Shown: one piece after another, positions 32,893 through 33,000 of the stretch | Layout of the letters: every line of letters begins with the position of its first letter | Numbering within the stretch: the first letter of the stretch is position 1 | NCBI RefSeq assembly: GCF_006345805.1 | Contig: NC_043005.1 | Span: forward strand, 28,086,001 to 28,119,000 | DNA length: 33,000 bases | From: Octopus sinensis | Taxonomy: Eukaryota | Direction: 5' to 3' | Notes under the pieces: generated by a model | Told to the model about the DNA's origin: nothing | What the model saw: the letters and a program-made list of their open reading frames with translations, nothing else | Databases searched by the model: none | Made by a program: the position numbers and the translations under genes

Positions 32893-33000
32893 GTGTGCCT
32901 GTATTTGTCCCCCTACCATCACTTGAGAACCAATATTGGTGTGTTTGCATCCCTGTAACTTGGCAGTTCAGCAAAAGAGACTGATAGAATAAGTACTAGG
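32671..33000 (+). mobile_element. SINE family B, running off the window end
   Basis: tRNA head gggttcagaccc, CORE-like accttgggcaagtgtctt, internal TA/CA microsatellite, gactgatagaataagtactagg. Confidence 0.92.

Overview
AT-rich, repeat-dominated eukaryotic DNA, most likely an Octopus (coleoid cephalopod) intronic or intergenic region. The taxon is inferred from the tRNA-derived SINE families and the microsatellite load, not from a database search. I found no intact host protein-coding gene, tRNA gene, rRNA gene or CRISPR array, and most long ORFs in the track are microsatellite artefacts. Retroelement remnants: about 20 SINE copies or fragments from 3-4 families, RTE LINEs, a CR1/L2/Jockey-like LINE, R4/Dong-like RLE-endonuclease LINEs (4 fragments, all minus strand), a Penelope-like piece and a probable Gypsy LTR with PBS. 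DNA-transposon remnants: a mariner transposase, a Merlin (IS1595/ISXO2-like) transposase, and hAT and piggyBac MITEs. The most interesting non-routine signals are: (1) a near-canonical minimal type-I hammerhead ribozyme motif next to an 82-nt hairpin at about 20.5-20.65 kb, with a second decayed motif at about 21.1 kb; (2) a 536-bp non-coding element embedded in an (AAT)n microsatellite; (3) a 530-bp array of CRE-like TGACGTCA motifs; (4) a TIR element carrying telomere-like repeats; (5) several inverted-repeat pairs that could form dsRNA. All family assignments come from manual translation and motif recognition.
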